Shown in pieces: positions 1-9,494 of a DNA stretch of 64,000 nt. How positions within the stretch are numbered: the first letter of the stretch is position 1; every line of letters starts with the position of its first letter. Under the pieces are notes generated by a model that searched no databases, was not told the origin of the DNA, and saw only the letters and a list, made by a program, of their open reading frames with translations. Made by a program: the position numbers and the translations under genes. The stretch lies in contig OY781066.1 of the NCBI GenBank assembly GCA_963676395.1, positions 1,024,001-1,088,000 of the forward strand. Reading direction: 5' to 3'. This DNA is from a bacterium (GTDB taxonomy: Bacteria; Fidelibacterota; Fidelibacteria; Fidelibacterales; Fidelibacteraceae).

Positions 1-2
1 CA

Positions 3-593
3 AGAATTGTACTAATTCAAGAGTATAAAAAATTTAAAGAAATAACCAAAAACACTGAAACCGTTCATTATGGCATTGGCATAAGATGGATTATTAATAT
101 TCAAAAACTCTGCTCATCGGCAAATATTTCATCTTTGCCGATGGTTGCGGCATCAGGTCAATTTAATTATGTTAATGCTTCTGCTCGATTTGAAGTAAAC
201 GGCATATCATCACAAGAAATAACAAAATTAATTCCTGCGCCAAAAGATTTAACAACTGAAACTTTTTTTGAATTAAATGAAGCATTTATTGCAATAAAAG
301 AAAAAATATGGGCTCCCGAAACAAGTATTACCCCAAAGATATTGGGAGTGTATGCGGATTATCAAAATGAGCAAACATCCCTGTTTGAAGAATCAATTTC
401 AATAGCACACGCCTTGAATTGTATCGCCAAGGGTAAAAAACTTGAAAAAGCAACCTTGGGCATCACAGATAACTCTTTAATTGATCAAATTAAAGCAGTG
501 TACATGGAAATTACCAACACAAACGAACTAAATAAAACTATCACCGAGGCTCAGAAGAGCAAAGCAAAAAAATATTTATCAATTATCCCATAA
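3..593 (+). CDS. Hypothetical protein, 5'-truncated by the window edge
   Basis: The frame of ORF 135..593 is open back to position 3 (RIVLIQEYKKF...YGIGIRWIINIQK...). No family recognised. Confidence 0.7.
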   Translation, partial: RIVLIQEYKKFKEITKNTETVHYGIGIRWIINIQKLCSSANISSLPMVAASGQFNYVNASARFEVNGISSQEITKLIPAPKDLTTETFFELNEAFIAIKEKIWAPETSITPKILGVYADYQNEQTSLFEESISIAHALNCIAKGKKLEKATLGITDNSLIDQIKAVYMEITNTNELNKTITEAQKSKAKKYLSIIP

Positions 594-669
594 TTCCTTT
601 TTAATAAAACTGACACCTTCTTTAACACCAATCAATGATAGTCGGATTAAAATAAGTAATTTATTTTTT

Positions 670-703
670 TAACAAAGGGTTGAAAACATTCAACCCTTTG
701 TTA
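670..703. terminator. Perfect 15-bp inverted repeat, probable bidirectional intrinsic terminator
   Basis: TAACAAAGGGTTGAA-aaca-TTCAACCCTTTGTTA, giving TTTGTT tails on both strands. Confidence 0.75.
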
Positions 704-740
704 TTGCCTATATTTTTCGTACGCGTTACTCGTCACGTCT

Positions 741-788
741 TTAAGTTTTCACTTCCCTCACTACATCAATCACCATGACGTTTACCTA
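741..788 (-). pseudogene. Decayed duplicate of the last 16 codons of citF
   Basis: The minus strand reads *VNVMVIDVVREVKT* versus the citF end WVDGTVIDVVREVKR*. 741-774 matches 1958-1991 at 30/34 nt. Confidence 0.85.
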
Positions 789-824
789 ATGAATTGTGAG
801 AACCTAACTCAATCTAAAAACTTC

Positions 825-865
825 TTGTATTGTTTTACCATACTATTGTATATTAACACCATACA
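825..865 (+). promoter_or_regulatory. Sigma70-type promoter of the MNT-HEPN operon, overlapped by two tandem operator-like palindromes
   Basis: -35 TTGTAT (825-830) and -10 TATATT (849-854). TGTAT-N9-ATAC(T/A) occurs at 826-844 and 847-865. Confidence 0.6.
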
Positions 866-875
866 TTAGAGGCGT

Positions 876-1493
876 ATGAATACTTTAGCTCAAATACTTT
901 CATCAAATACCCGTGCAGAATTCTTCCGTCTGCTTTTTGGACTGAACCAAAAAGAATATTATTTGAGAGAACTCGCAAAATGCTCCGGTCTTGCCATCGG
1001 TACGATCCAACAGGAAGCGTTGAAATTAGAAAATCTTGGTCTGATCCATAAACGCAGAGACGGCAATCGTACTTATTTTAGAGCAAATACAAATCACCCC
1101 ATTTATATGGAAATCCACCGTCTTGTCCTTAAAACGACCGGACTTCGGGATGTTCTAAGATCATATTTGTCTGATAATACAATCCGGTTTGCTTTCGTTT
1201 TTGGATCCATTGCATCTGGGAATGAAAAACCCAACAGTGATGTAGACCTTTTTATCGTGGGTGATATTGGACTTAGATCTCTAAGTAAATATTTGCTGGA
1301 ACCCAGTCAAACAATTGGACGAGAGATCAATTCATATACCATCAGCAAAAAAGAATTAACGGATAAGATCAAACAAAATGATCATTTTATATCAACAGTA
1401 ATCAATTCACAAAAACTTTTCATCAAGGGAGACGAAAATGAGTTTAAGAAATTGGTTGAAAAATGGCTGGCTCAAGCCACATCAGACAAGTAA
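876..1493 (+). CDS. Winged-HTH + minimal nucleotidyltransferase (MNT), putative antitoxin
   Basis: N-terminal ArsR-like HTH (YLRELAKCSGLAIGTIQQE). GS-x10-DxD motif FGSIASGNEKPNSDVD. Confidence 0.85.
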   Translation: MNTLAQILSSNTRAEFFRLLFGLNQKEYYLRELAKCSGLAIGTIQQEALKLENLGLIHKRRDGNRTYFRANTNHPIYMEIHRLVLKTTGLRDVLRSYLSDNTIRFAFVFGSIASGNEKPNSDVDLFIVGDIGLRSLSKYLLEPSQTIGREINSYTISKKELTDKIKQNDHFISTVINSQKLFIKGDENEFKKLVEKWLAQATSDK

Positions 1494-1878
1494 GCAGGAA
1501 ATTGAAAATTTATTCAATATTGTAAAGCGTGATCTAGAGGATGCGCAAAGACCGGATATTTCTGCAGATTGGAAATTTGGAATTGCCTATAATGCGACAT
1601 TAAAATTATGTACCATCCTTCTGTATATCAAAAATTATAAACCAGAAAAGTCCTATACCCATTATCGAACAATACAAGCGTTACCACTAATATTGGGTGA
1701 GGAAAGATCTGATGATACTGCTTATCTTGATGCATGCCGAGTAAAAAGAAATATTGTTGAATATGATTATGTGGGCAGTACATCGGAAACTGAAGCGGAA
1801 GAATTGATCAAGTTTGTGAAAGAACTTCGGTTTGAAGTTCAGATTTGGATAAAAAAACATTACCCGGAATATCTTTAA
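1438..1878 (+). CDS. HEPN-domain protein, putative toxin partner of the MNT
   Basis: Helical HEPN pattern (AYNA..K, H...IQAL, RxKRNIVEY). Overlaps the MNT gene by 56 nt. Confidence 0.8.
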   Translation: MSLRNWLKNGWLKPHQTSKQEIENLFNIVKRDLEDAQRPDISADWKFGIAYNATLKLCTILLYIKNYKPEKSYTHYRTIQALPLILGEERSDDTAYLDACRVKRNIVEYDYVGSTSETEAEELIKFVKELRFEVQIWIKKHYPEYL

Positions 1879-1910
1879 AGACCAATCCAGTCTTGAAATT
1901 TGATAAATAT

Positions 1911-1941
1911 AAAAAAGGGGCCGGATATACCCGGCCCCTAC
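1911..1941 (-). terminator. GTAG-REP-like hairpin acting as citF terminator
   Basis: Minus strand GTAG-GGGCCGG-gtatat-CCGGCCC-CTTTTTT. Confidence 0.7.
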
Positions 1942-1957
1942 ATTTTACATCTTACGT

Positions 1958-3511
1958 TTAACGTTTCACTTCCCTTACCACATCAATCACCGTGCCATCC
2001 ACCCATTTGATGGCGGCGACGACCTTATCACCCAATTCAGGCTTCTGCGGTTTTCCGCAAATGCGCTCGGCTTCTTCTTTGAGCTCTTCGATGGTCTTTA
2101 ATGGCAATCCGGAATCCTTGACCTTATCGATCAAATCCTGGCGTTTCGGGTTGATCGCGATCCCGCGTTCGGTCACGATCACATCGACCAATTCGCCGGG
2201 CCCCACCAGTGTGGTAACCTCATCACAAATAATCGGAATGCGGTTTCTGAATAACGGCACCGGTAAAATGGTGCACTTGGCGAACAGGCAATTCTGCCAA
2301 CCGCCGATACCGTGCAACATGTAGCCATCGGAGTGTGTGACAACATTACCGTTAAAGTTCACATCCACTTCGGTGGCACCCAAGATCATTACGTCCATCA
2401 TGGTCGTAAAATTACCTTTGGCGTGATAATCGTAACAGTGGAAAATAGAAATATCGGGATGTTTCTGCCGGTTCTCACGCATAGAGCGTACCGCTTCGAG
2501 ATCGAAGGTCTGAGCATCCAGCATATAATCCAGACAACCGTCTTCGAGCATTTTTGCCGAATACTGCGTGGATCCGCCGACAGCAAAACGTGCTTTGATC
2601 TGGCGTTCTTTTAACATCTTATGAAAATAAAGTCCGATAGCCAGCGAAGTTCCCCCGGCGCCCATCTGGAACGAAAATCCATCCTGTACCAAGCCGGCGG
2701 CATCACAAAATCTGGCTGTTAGTTCAGCTATTAATAAACGATCCGGACTCTTGGTGATCTGCGTGGTACCGGAGACGATCAGTTCGGGGATGCCGATTTT
2801 GTCCATCTCAACCACATAATCAACATAGTTACCGACAATCTGCATAGGGATAGCCGGAAAGGGAACTATATTATCCGAAACAACAATCACCTTATCGGCA
2901 TACTGATAATCGGCCAAAGCATAACCCAAACCGCCACAGGCCGACGGGCCGTCCAGTCCGTGTCCGTTCCCAAAAGGATCCGCTGTGGGGGCTGCCAAAA
3001 CCGCAATATCAATTTCCACTTCGCCATCCTGAATGGCCTGATAGCGACCACCGTGCGAACGAAGCACACCCATACCCTTCATTTTCCCTTCGGACGTAAA
3101 GCGGCCCAATGCTCCATTCATCGAACCTTCGATATGATGAACCACGCCACTTTCAAGGTGTTTTATAATATCTTTATGGCAAGGAAAAGATGCCGAAGGC
3201 AGCCAAACAAGATCTTTGACGCCCATTTCGGCGGCAATATCAAATACCTGATTAGCAATCAAGTCGCCATTACGTAAATGATGATGAGTGGAAATAACCA
3301 TCCCGTCTTTCAATCCGGCCTTGATCAGTGCGTCTTTCAGGGAGTCAACCCGTTTATCTCCATCGGCCGGAAAATCTATTGCTGTGGTAATTGTGGGTGC
3401 GTGTTTTTTCCCACTTGGTCGATGTTTTCCAACGCCCATAAAGGGGACGACTTTTTCTCCATTGATCTCGGTCGGCACCATTCTACCAACTGCATTTTTG
3501 ACCATTTTCAT
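1958..3511 (-). CDS. citF: Citrate lyase alpha subunit (citrate:acetyl-ACP/CoA transferase)
   Basis: Motifs STHHHLRNGD, LRSHGGR, FQMGAGG, GIGGWQ, VDVIVTERGIAINP. Lies next to citE. Confidence 0.95.
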   Translation of the reverse strand: MKMVKNAVGRMVPTEINGEKVVPFMGVGKHRPSGKKHAPTITTAIDFPADGDKRVDSLKDALIKAGLKDGMVISTHHHLRNGDLIANQVFDIAAEMGVKDLVWLPSASFPCHKDIIKHLESGVVHHIEGSMNGALGRFTSEGKMKGMGVLRSHGGRYQAIQDGEVEIDIAVLAAPTADPFGNGHGLDGPSACGGLGYALADYQYADKVIVVSDNIVPFPAIPMQIVGNYVDYVVEMDKIGIPELIVSGTTQITKSPDRLLIAELTARFCDAAGLVQDGFSFQMGAGGTSLAIGLYFHKMLKERQIKARFAVGGSTQYSAKMLEDGCLDYMLDAQTFDLEAVRSMRENRQKHPDISIFHCYDYHAKGNFTTMMDVMILGATEVDVNFNGNVVTHSDGYMLHGIGGWQNCLFAKCTILPVPLFRNRIPIICDEVTTLVGPGELVDVIVTERGIAINPKRQDLIDKVKDSGLPLKTIEELKEEAERICGKPQKPELGDKVVAAIKWVDGTVIDVVREVKR

Positions 3512-3533
3512 CTATCTGATCTCCTTTAAGGAA

Positions 3534-4724
3534 TTATACTTCTTCCGCCAATTCCATCACACGAAGTGCACGCTTAACTACCGGCGGATCGATCATTTTT
3601 GATCCAACAGATACAACACCCAGCCCCTTGGCTTCGGCTTCTTTAAAAGCATCCACGATCTTCCTGGCTTTTTCAATTTCTTTTTCAGTCGGCGCAAAAG
3701 CCTCGTGAATTACCTTGATCTGCCTGGGATGAATACACCCCATTCCATCAAAACCAAGTGCCTTCGACGCCAAGACATTCTCGCGAAGCGCGGCCATATC
3801 GGATACATCCGAAAAAACCGAATCAATAGCTTGAATACCATTCGCTTTAGCCGCATTCACCAGCATACAACGTGCAAAGAAAGTCTCATTCCCGTCCTTG
3901 GTTCGAGGTGAGCCAATGTCCGCGGTATAATCTTCCAAACCAATGGCTAAACCAATCACATTTTTCGATGCGGCGGCGATCTCATAAGCTTTGATCACTC
4001 CTAAGGCCGATTCAATGATCGGCATGATCCAGACTTCATTTTCAATATTGTTTTTATCACGAAGGTCCTGAATACGTTTATCCACAGCCAATAACTGTTC
4101 GGGTGTTTCGCATTTTGGCAAAAGGATCACATTGGCATGATGCGGAATCACGGCATCCAGGTCTTTTAAACCACGCTCACCCTGATTGATACGCACCATA
4201 CGTTCGGCACCATAAAAATCAACTGCTCGCAAAGAGTTACGAACCAACAATCTCGCTTCATCTTTTCTATCGGGGGCAACAGAATCTTCAAGATCAAGAA
4301 TAATTCCATCACCACTATGCAAGCCGGCATTCAGCGCCAGCTTAGGCGTATTCCCGGGTAAATATAAACGCGAACGTCGCATTCTTTCACGGGCGGTTCC
4401 CGAAGTATTTTGCTCAAGCATTTCAGGTAAATATTCCACATCGGTATCAATCAATTTTTTAATACATGCTTCCAATCTGGCCGTAATAACATAATCGGGG
4501 GCACCGTTATCATCAATGGTAATTGAAGCGTGATCAATCGAAAAAGTGTCCAATACTTTGTTGATACTCTCTCTGATCAAATTTTCAAATAGAAGTTTGA
4601 CCTTAGAATTGACGGTAATATCGCGACCGCCGCTATTTGCTAGCGACAGGCTTATCTTACAGTCTGAACGGTCAGCTCTTTCGTGTTGTCCGGCATACGC
4701 GATTTTCACATCAAGCTCCTTCAC
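3534..4724 (-). CDS. citE: Fused citrate lyase acyl-carrier (CitD) + beta subunit (CitE)
   Basis: The N-terminal ~95 aa are CitD-like (AG...RSD, I.NSKV..LF, IDDNGA.D.VI.ARLEA). The C-terminal part is HpcH/CitE (RRSRLYLPGN, LDLEDSV, IES, GLED, CIHPRQI, MIDPPV). Confidence 0.9.
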   Translation of the reverse strand: MKELDVKIAYAGQHERADRSDCKISLSLANSGGRDITVNSKVKLLFENLIRESINKVLDTFSIDHASITIDDNGAPDYVITARLEACIKKLIDTDVEYLPEMLEQNTSGTARERMRRSRLYLPGNTPKLALNAGLHSGDGIILDLEDSVAPDRKDEARLLVRNSLRAVDFYGAERMVRINQGERGLKDLDAVIPHHANVILLPKCETPEQLLAVDKRIQDLRDKNNIENEVWIMPIIESALGVIKAYEIAAASKNVIGLAIGLEDYTADIGSPRTKDGNETFFARCMLVNAAKANGIQAIDSVFSDVSDMAALRENVLASKALGFDGMGCIHPRQIKVIHEAFAPTEKEIEKARKIVDAFKEAEAKGLGVVSVGSKMIDPPVVKRALRVMELAEEV

Positions 4725-5025
4725 AATTAGTCATTATTATTACCATATAGATTACAAAAGTTTTACCTGATTGGGTATTTATTTTTCAATAAACCCAACT
4801 TTGCTCTAGAGATTCGAAGAAAAAGCAAGGGACATATCTCCAAAAATAAAAAATGGTGTTTAATACAAATACAAGCAGGGTATCCATTTAAGTCTTACGA
4901 CCTCTATTTATAATTTTTATTAATTGCCAACCTCTTCTCCTCAATTATTAATTGAGTCTTGTTAATCTCTACTTTTTCCTTTATTTTTGTCTAGCATTAT
5001 AAACAGCAGGCGGACTTGAGGTAAT

Positions 5026-6999
5026 ATGGAAAAACATAACATCACCATTCTCATTGTCGATGATACAGCGGCCAATCTACAGATCCTAACGTCGATCGTA
5101 ACCAGTGAAGGCTATAACATACTATTAGCTCAAACCGGAGAAGAAGCCATAAAAATTGCGAATGATTATCATCCCGACATTATTCTTCTTGATGTAATGA
5201 TGCCTCAAATGGATGGTTTTGCTGTTTGCCGCCAATTAAAAGCCAACCCTGCCACTCGCCCTATCCCGGTAATCTTTGTAACCGCCAGAACAGATGTTGA
5301 AGCGGTAGAAAAAGGTTTCGATGTTGGTGGTGACGATTATGTTCCTAAGCCATTTAATGATCGAGTGCTTCTTGCTCGACTCAAAAACCACGTAGAACGT
5401 TTTCAAAGAGAGCGTGAATTATCCATTAACCGCGAGCGTTTAAATACAGCTCTTGATGCTGCCCAAATCGGTTCGTTCACCATCAAATTACCGGAAAGAG
5501 ATTGGATTCCCGATGAACAGTTACGACGCTTATTCGGTATTGAAAGCGATGAAAACAGCTATGACCTGAATACATGGTACGACCAGATCTTAGATAAAGA
5601 CAAGGAAAATACCATTCTCAAGATCGAGCGTTGTATTGCAAAAAGCACATTCAGCAAATTTGAATTCCGCATTAAAAACAAACAAGATGACATAAAATGG
5701 TTTCGCTGCTCAATGCAGGTCTCCGAACGAAACGAAAAAGGAGAAGCCGTTCTACTGGTTGGTGTAAATGTAGATACAACCAAAGAGCAGAACATGCTTG
5801 AAACCATTCGCAAGCAAGAAGACACCCTGGCACAATCAAGAAAACTAAAAGCGATGGGACAATTAACCGGCGGTATTGCTCATGATTTCAATAACATGCT
5901 AGCCACAATTTTAGGTTTCTCCGAATTGCTGGCCGATGAACTTGAAGACAATGAAGAGCTGAGCTATTATTGTAAAAACATTACCGACACATGTGAACGG
6001 GCAGCCGCCTTAACAAGTCAGCTCCTTACTTTTTCCAGAAAATCCGGTAATATTACCACAGTTATTGATCTACACGCCCTAATTAAAAACACGCTGGAAT
6101 TATTACGTCACTCAATTAGTAAGAACATTGAATTAAAATATGATCTGAAAGCAAATGAACATTTCATTCTTGGAGAAAACTCTCCTTTACAGAACATACT
6201 CCTGAACATGGGATTTAATGCTCGTGACGCAATGGGTGATAAAGGCTCTATCATTATCAGCACACAAAACGTAACCTTTAATGATGAAGAAGCCAAAAAA
6301 ATGCCTATGGAGATCAACGCCGGTCACTACATTTGCATGGATGTACGCGATACAGGTTCGGGTATGAAAAAAGAAGTACTTGATAAAATCTTTGACCCAT
6401 TCTTTACAACTAAAGGTCAGGGTAAAGGAACCGGTTTAGGATTATCATCCGCTTACGGTACTATTAACGCACATAATGGATCTATTCGTGCGGAGAGTGA
6501 AATTGGTGCTGGTACGGTTTTTCATATTTACTTTCCTCTCACGGATCTCAAACCGAAACAAGAAGTCCAAGCCGGTAAAGTTGTTAAAAGTGAAAATATT
6601 GAAGGTGGTTTGGTTCTTGTTATCGACGATGAAGTTGCCATTAGAAAGATGCTGTGCAAAACCCTCGAATATGTTGGTTATGATGTGATCGAAGCTAAAA
6701 CCGGACGCGACGGTATAGATATTTACCAAGAAAAACAAGATAGTATTACAGCTGTCATTTTGGATGTGATCATGCCCGAAATGGACGGAGTTGCGGTTTA
6801 TCGTGAACTCCGGAAGATCAACCCGGATGTTAAAGTGCTTATTTCCACCGGCTATGCCAGCAACAAACAAACTCTCGAACTGGAGAGCATGGGCGTTCTT
6901 GGCTTTTTACGTAAACCATATCGTCAAAGTGATCTTGTCTCAGCGGTCAATGCCATACACGAAGACAAACTATTACCTGAAAATGACAAATACAGATAA
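5026..6999 (+). CDS. Cytoplasmic hybrid histidine kinase (REC-PAS-HisKA-HATPase-REC)
   Basis: IVDD..LLDVMMP, H-box GGIAHDFNN, N-box NARDAM, FTTK-GKGTGLGL, and a C-terminal REC (VIDD/LDVIMP/KP). Confidence 0.95.
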   Translation: MEKHNITILIVDDTAANLQILTSIVTSEGYNILLAQTGEEAIKIANDYHPDIILLDVMMPQMDGFAVCRQLKANPATRPIPVIFVTARTDVEAVEKGFDVGGDDYVPKPFNDRVLLARLKNHVERFQRERELSINRERLNTALDAAQIGSFTIKLPERDWIPDEQLRRLFGIESDENSYDLNTWYDQILDKDKENTILKIERCIAKSTFSKFEFRIKNKQDDIKWFRCSMQVSERNEKGEAVLLVGVNVDTTKEQNMLETIRKQEDTLAQSRKLKAMGQLTGGIAHDFNNMLATILGFSELLADELEDNEELSYYCKNITDTCERAAALTSQLLTFSRKSGNITTVIDLHALIKNTLELLRHSISKNIELKYDLKANEHFILGENSPLQNILLNMGFNARDAMGDKGSIIISTQNVTFNDEEAKKMPMEINAGHYICMDVRDTGSGMKKEVLDKIFDPFFTTKGQGKGTGLGLSSAYGTINAHNGSIRAESEIGAGTVFHIYFPLTDLKPKQEVQAGKVVKSENIEGGLVLVIDDEVAIRKMLCKTLEYVGYDVIEAKTGRDGIDIYQEKQDSITAVILDVIMPEMDGVAVYRELRKINPDVKVLISTGYASNKQTLELESMGVLGFLRKPYRQSDLVSAVNAIHEDKLLPENDKYR

Positions 7000-7867
7000 A
7001 GAAAAACTCTCTTTAAACGAAGGCCGTTTATCATTATTCGGCAATATCCTTCTTTTTGGGATAAAGCTTTGGGCCGGTTTAAGCTCAGCATCTTCCGCCC
7101 TTATCGCCGATGCATGGCATACCTTATCGGATTCAATTTCTTCATTGGTGATCATTATTGCCGCAAAAATATCAAATAAAAAGGCTGACAAAGAGCACCC
7201 TTTTGGTCACGGTCGTGCCGAATTGATTGCCGCTCTGATCGTTGGTGTTTTACTATGTATGATCGCTCTGGAATTTTTCATTGAAGGTATTCATCGTCTC
7301 GGTGAACAACAAGAAGCGCAATATGGCATTCTTGCGATTGTAATTACCTTGGTTTCCGTTATTGTAAAAGAACTCATGGCACAATATGCCTTATTTGCTT
7401 ATCGCAAATGCGAATGCCTCTCACTCAAGGCTGATGCTTGGCATCATCGTTCAGATGCTATTTCTTCATTGGTTCTGCTGGTAGGTGTGATCTTTGGTAG
7501 AAGTATCTGGTGGATGGATGGTATATTGACTTTGATTGTCTCTGTACTCATTACTTGGACAGCCTATCATATCATTCGGGATGGCGTTAAACCTCTGATG
7601 GGGGAAGCACCGGATGATGAAATGCTGACCTACATTTCAAATACTTGCGACCAAATTTTAAATACCCCCTGCGATGTACATCACTTACACCTGCATCGTT
7701 ACGGAGATCATATTGAGATTACCTTTCACCTTCTTCTTCCACCTGACATTTCCTTAAAAGAAGCACATGATCTAATCACGAAGATCGAACATCATTTACG
7801 AAAAGATAAAAATATTGAGGCAACCATCCACCCTGAGCCACATGCGCCGAAGGAAAAACAATCATGA
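6983..7867 (+). CDS. Cation diffusion facilitator (FieF-like)
   Basis: ADAWHTLSD, HPFGHGRAE, ADAWHHRSD, IHPEP. Start moved to ATG 6983, which overlaps the end of the kinase gene. Confidence 0.9.
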   Translation: MTNTDKEKLSLNEGRLSLFGNILLFGIKLWAGLSSASSALIADAWHTLSDSISSLVIIIAAKISNKKADKEHPFGHGRAELIAALIVGVLLCMIALEFFIEGIHRLGEQQEAQYGILAIVITLVSVIVKELMAQYALFAYRKCECLSLKADAWHHRSDAISSLVLLVGVIFGRSIWWMDGILTLIVSVLITWTAYHIIRDGVKPLMGEAPDDEMLTYISNTCDQILNTPCDVHHLHLHRYGDHIEITFHLLLPPDISLKEAHDLITKIEHHLRKDKNIEATIHPEPHAPKEKQS

Positions 7868-8262
7868 AAATTAAATTTGACATGATCGGGCTTTTTGTAT
7901 CTGATTTAAAAAGATCGGTTGAATTCTATCGTGATGTTGTTGGGTTAGAGATCGACTGGACAGGTGAAAGACCTTATGCCGAATTCAAGCACGAAGGTAT
8001 ACGTTTCTCGATGTTTGAACGCAAAATGCTCCCTGATTTACTTAAACAAGAGCCTACCTTTCCATGCGGCTTAAATGGCACATTTGAATTGGCATTAAAT
8101 GTCGGAAAACCAAAAAATGTTGATATTACTTTCGAATCTATGGTCGCTAAAGGTGCTAAATCTGTATATACCCCCCGTAATGAACCATGGAACATGCGAT
8201 CTGCCGTCGTGTTGGATCCAGATCACAACATAATTGAAATTGCATCTGATTTCTGGAAATAA
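7864..8262 (+). CDS. VOC/glyoxalase family protein
   Basis: LFVSDL..SV.FY, EPWNMRSA...DPD.N.IEI. ATGA overlap with the CDF gene. Confidence 0.9.
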   Translation: MKIKFDMIGLFVSDLKRSVEFYRDVVGLEIDWTGERPYAEFKHEGIRFSMFERKMLPDLLKQEPTFPCGLNGTFELALNVGKPKNVDITFESMVAKGAKSVYTPRNEPWNMRSAVVLDPDHNIIEIASDFWK

Positions 8263-8289
8263 TCATAAATAAATTTATTAATTCATCAA

Positions 8290-8330
8290 ATAAAAAAAGA
8301 GCAAATGATAACACTTGCTCTTTTTTTTAT
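8290..8330. terminator. Bidirectional intrinsic terminator between convergent genes
   Basis: AAAAAAAGAGCAA...TTGCTCTTTTTTT. Confidence 0.85.
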
Positions 8331-8367
8331 TAATACAAATTTTTGTCAGCGCACATAGCGCAGCGAA

Positions 8368-9339
8368 CTATTTTTCTTCCATCATTTCAATTAAGTAAGA
8401 CTCAATTGTTTTTCTTGTTATCTCTTTTTCATCAACTTCCTTAAGAAGAGAGATCTGTTTACTTAATATAATACTTTCATCCATTTTTTTGACAACGATA
8501 TCATAATAACCGATTTCTCCGTCAACCGCTATATAATATTTACCCGTATAGTTTGCCTTCAATCTTAAAAGTTGATTTTCAGTTGACTCCATTACCTCAA
8601 GTGAATCAACACTTTTTGAATATCTCAATTTATGGCCCAAACTGTCATACAGAGCAGCGATGGCCTCCATATTAGACATCACATGAAAGTTATAAGTGGA
8701 ATCTTTTTTAGCAGAAAATTCGAATATATCCCTATCATGGTAACTTAAAGAATGTGATTGTCTGGCATCTAAAGTGATTGTTGTGGTATCTACAGTAACA
8801 CTATCAATTTCATAACTATCTTTTTCCATATAGTTTAGCCAACTATCGCGGGGAAGACTTCCAATATATTCTTCAAATTTTGCTTCGATAGATAGTCCAG
8901 GTATATCCAAATGATCATCCATAATCTGATACAACAATGATAATTCGCCATCACTACTTAGATCATATGCCACACCAAAAGTATCGGTCGGCAATAATGA
9001 TGAAAGAAGCTCCACTCCTACTACGCTAAGATATAAAGAGTCTTCGGAAACGATAATATCGGAACCCATTCCCACCATACCAAAAATTGGAGATGATGTT
9101 AAATTCATATATAACGCCAACATCTCATCATTAACTTCCATAACAGGACTGGAATAATAATTGTCAAATCCCGGATAAAAATTAATTACATCGGTTTCGT
9201 AACCAGTTTCGTAACCTCGTAGAATCTTCACCGTCAATGAAGATAACGCCCATTTGCCTTTAATGGAATTTCCATTTTCAGGAACCACCATACAACTAGC
9301 AATTAATACAACCAACAGTAACATACTTAGTTTTTTCAT
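8368..9339 (-). CDS. Hypothetical lipoprotein, possible C-terminal PPC-like beta domain
   Basis: Signal peptide with lipobox LIAS-C. The C-terminal region has DRD.F.F and G.YYI.V patterns. Confidence 0.7.
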   Translation of the reverse strand: MKKLSMLLLVVLIASCMVVPENGNSIKGKWALSSLTVKILRGYETGYETDVINFYPGFDNYYSSPVMEVNDEMLALYMNLTSSPIFGMVGMGSDIIVSEDSLYLSVVGVELLSSLLPTDTFGVAYDLSSDGELSLLYQIMDDHLDIPGLSIEAKFEEYIGSLPRDSWLNYMEKDSYEIDSVTVDTTTITLDARQSHSLSYHDRDIFEFSAKKDSTYNFHVMSNMEAIAALYDSLGHKLRYSKSVDSLEVMESTENQLLRLKANYTGKYYIAVDGEIGYYDIVVKKMDESIILSKQISLLKEVDEKEITRKTIESYLIEMMEEK

Positions 9340-9494
9340 ATTTAATCCTTTTGTTTATTACAATTCAGTATAATATATAGTGATATTTCATAATTTCAAT
9401 AACTTTTTTATAAATATCATACAACAATCCAAAGTCATTGTAATGGTGAAAAATATAAATCTTCGAAATAAGCTAAAATATTTTAACGAGAATA

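Noticed and set aside
6791..6982. N-terminal extension of the CDF ORF in the track
   Set aside because: It overlaps the kinase gene by about 200 nt and has no CDF similarity. ATG 6983 is the plausible coupled start.
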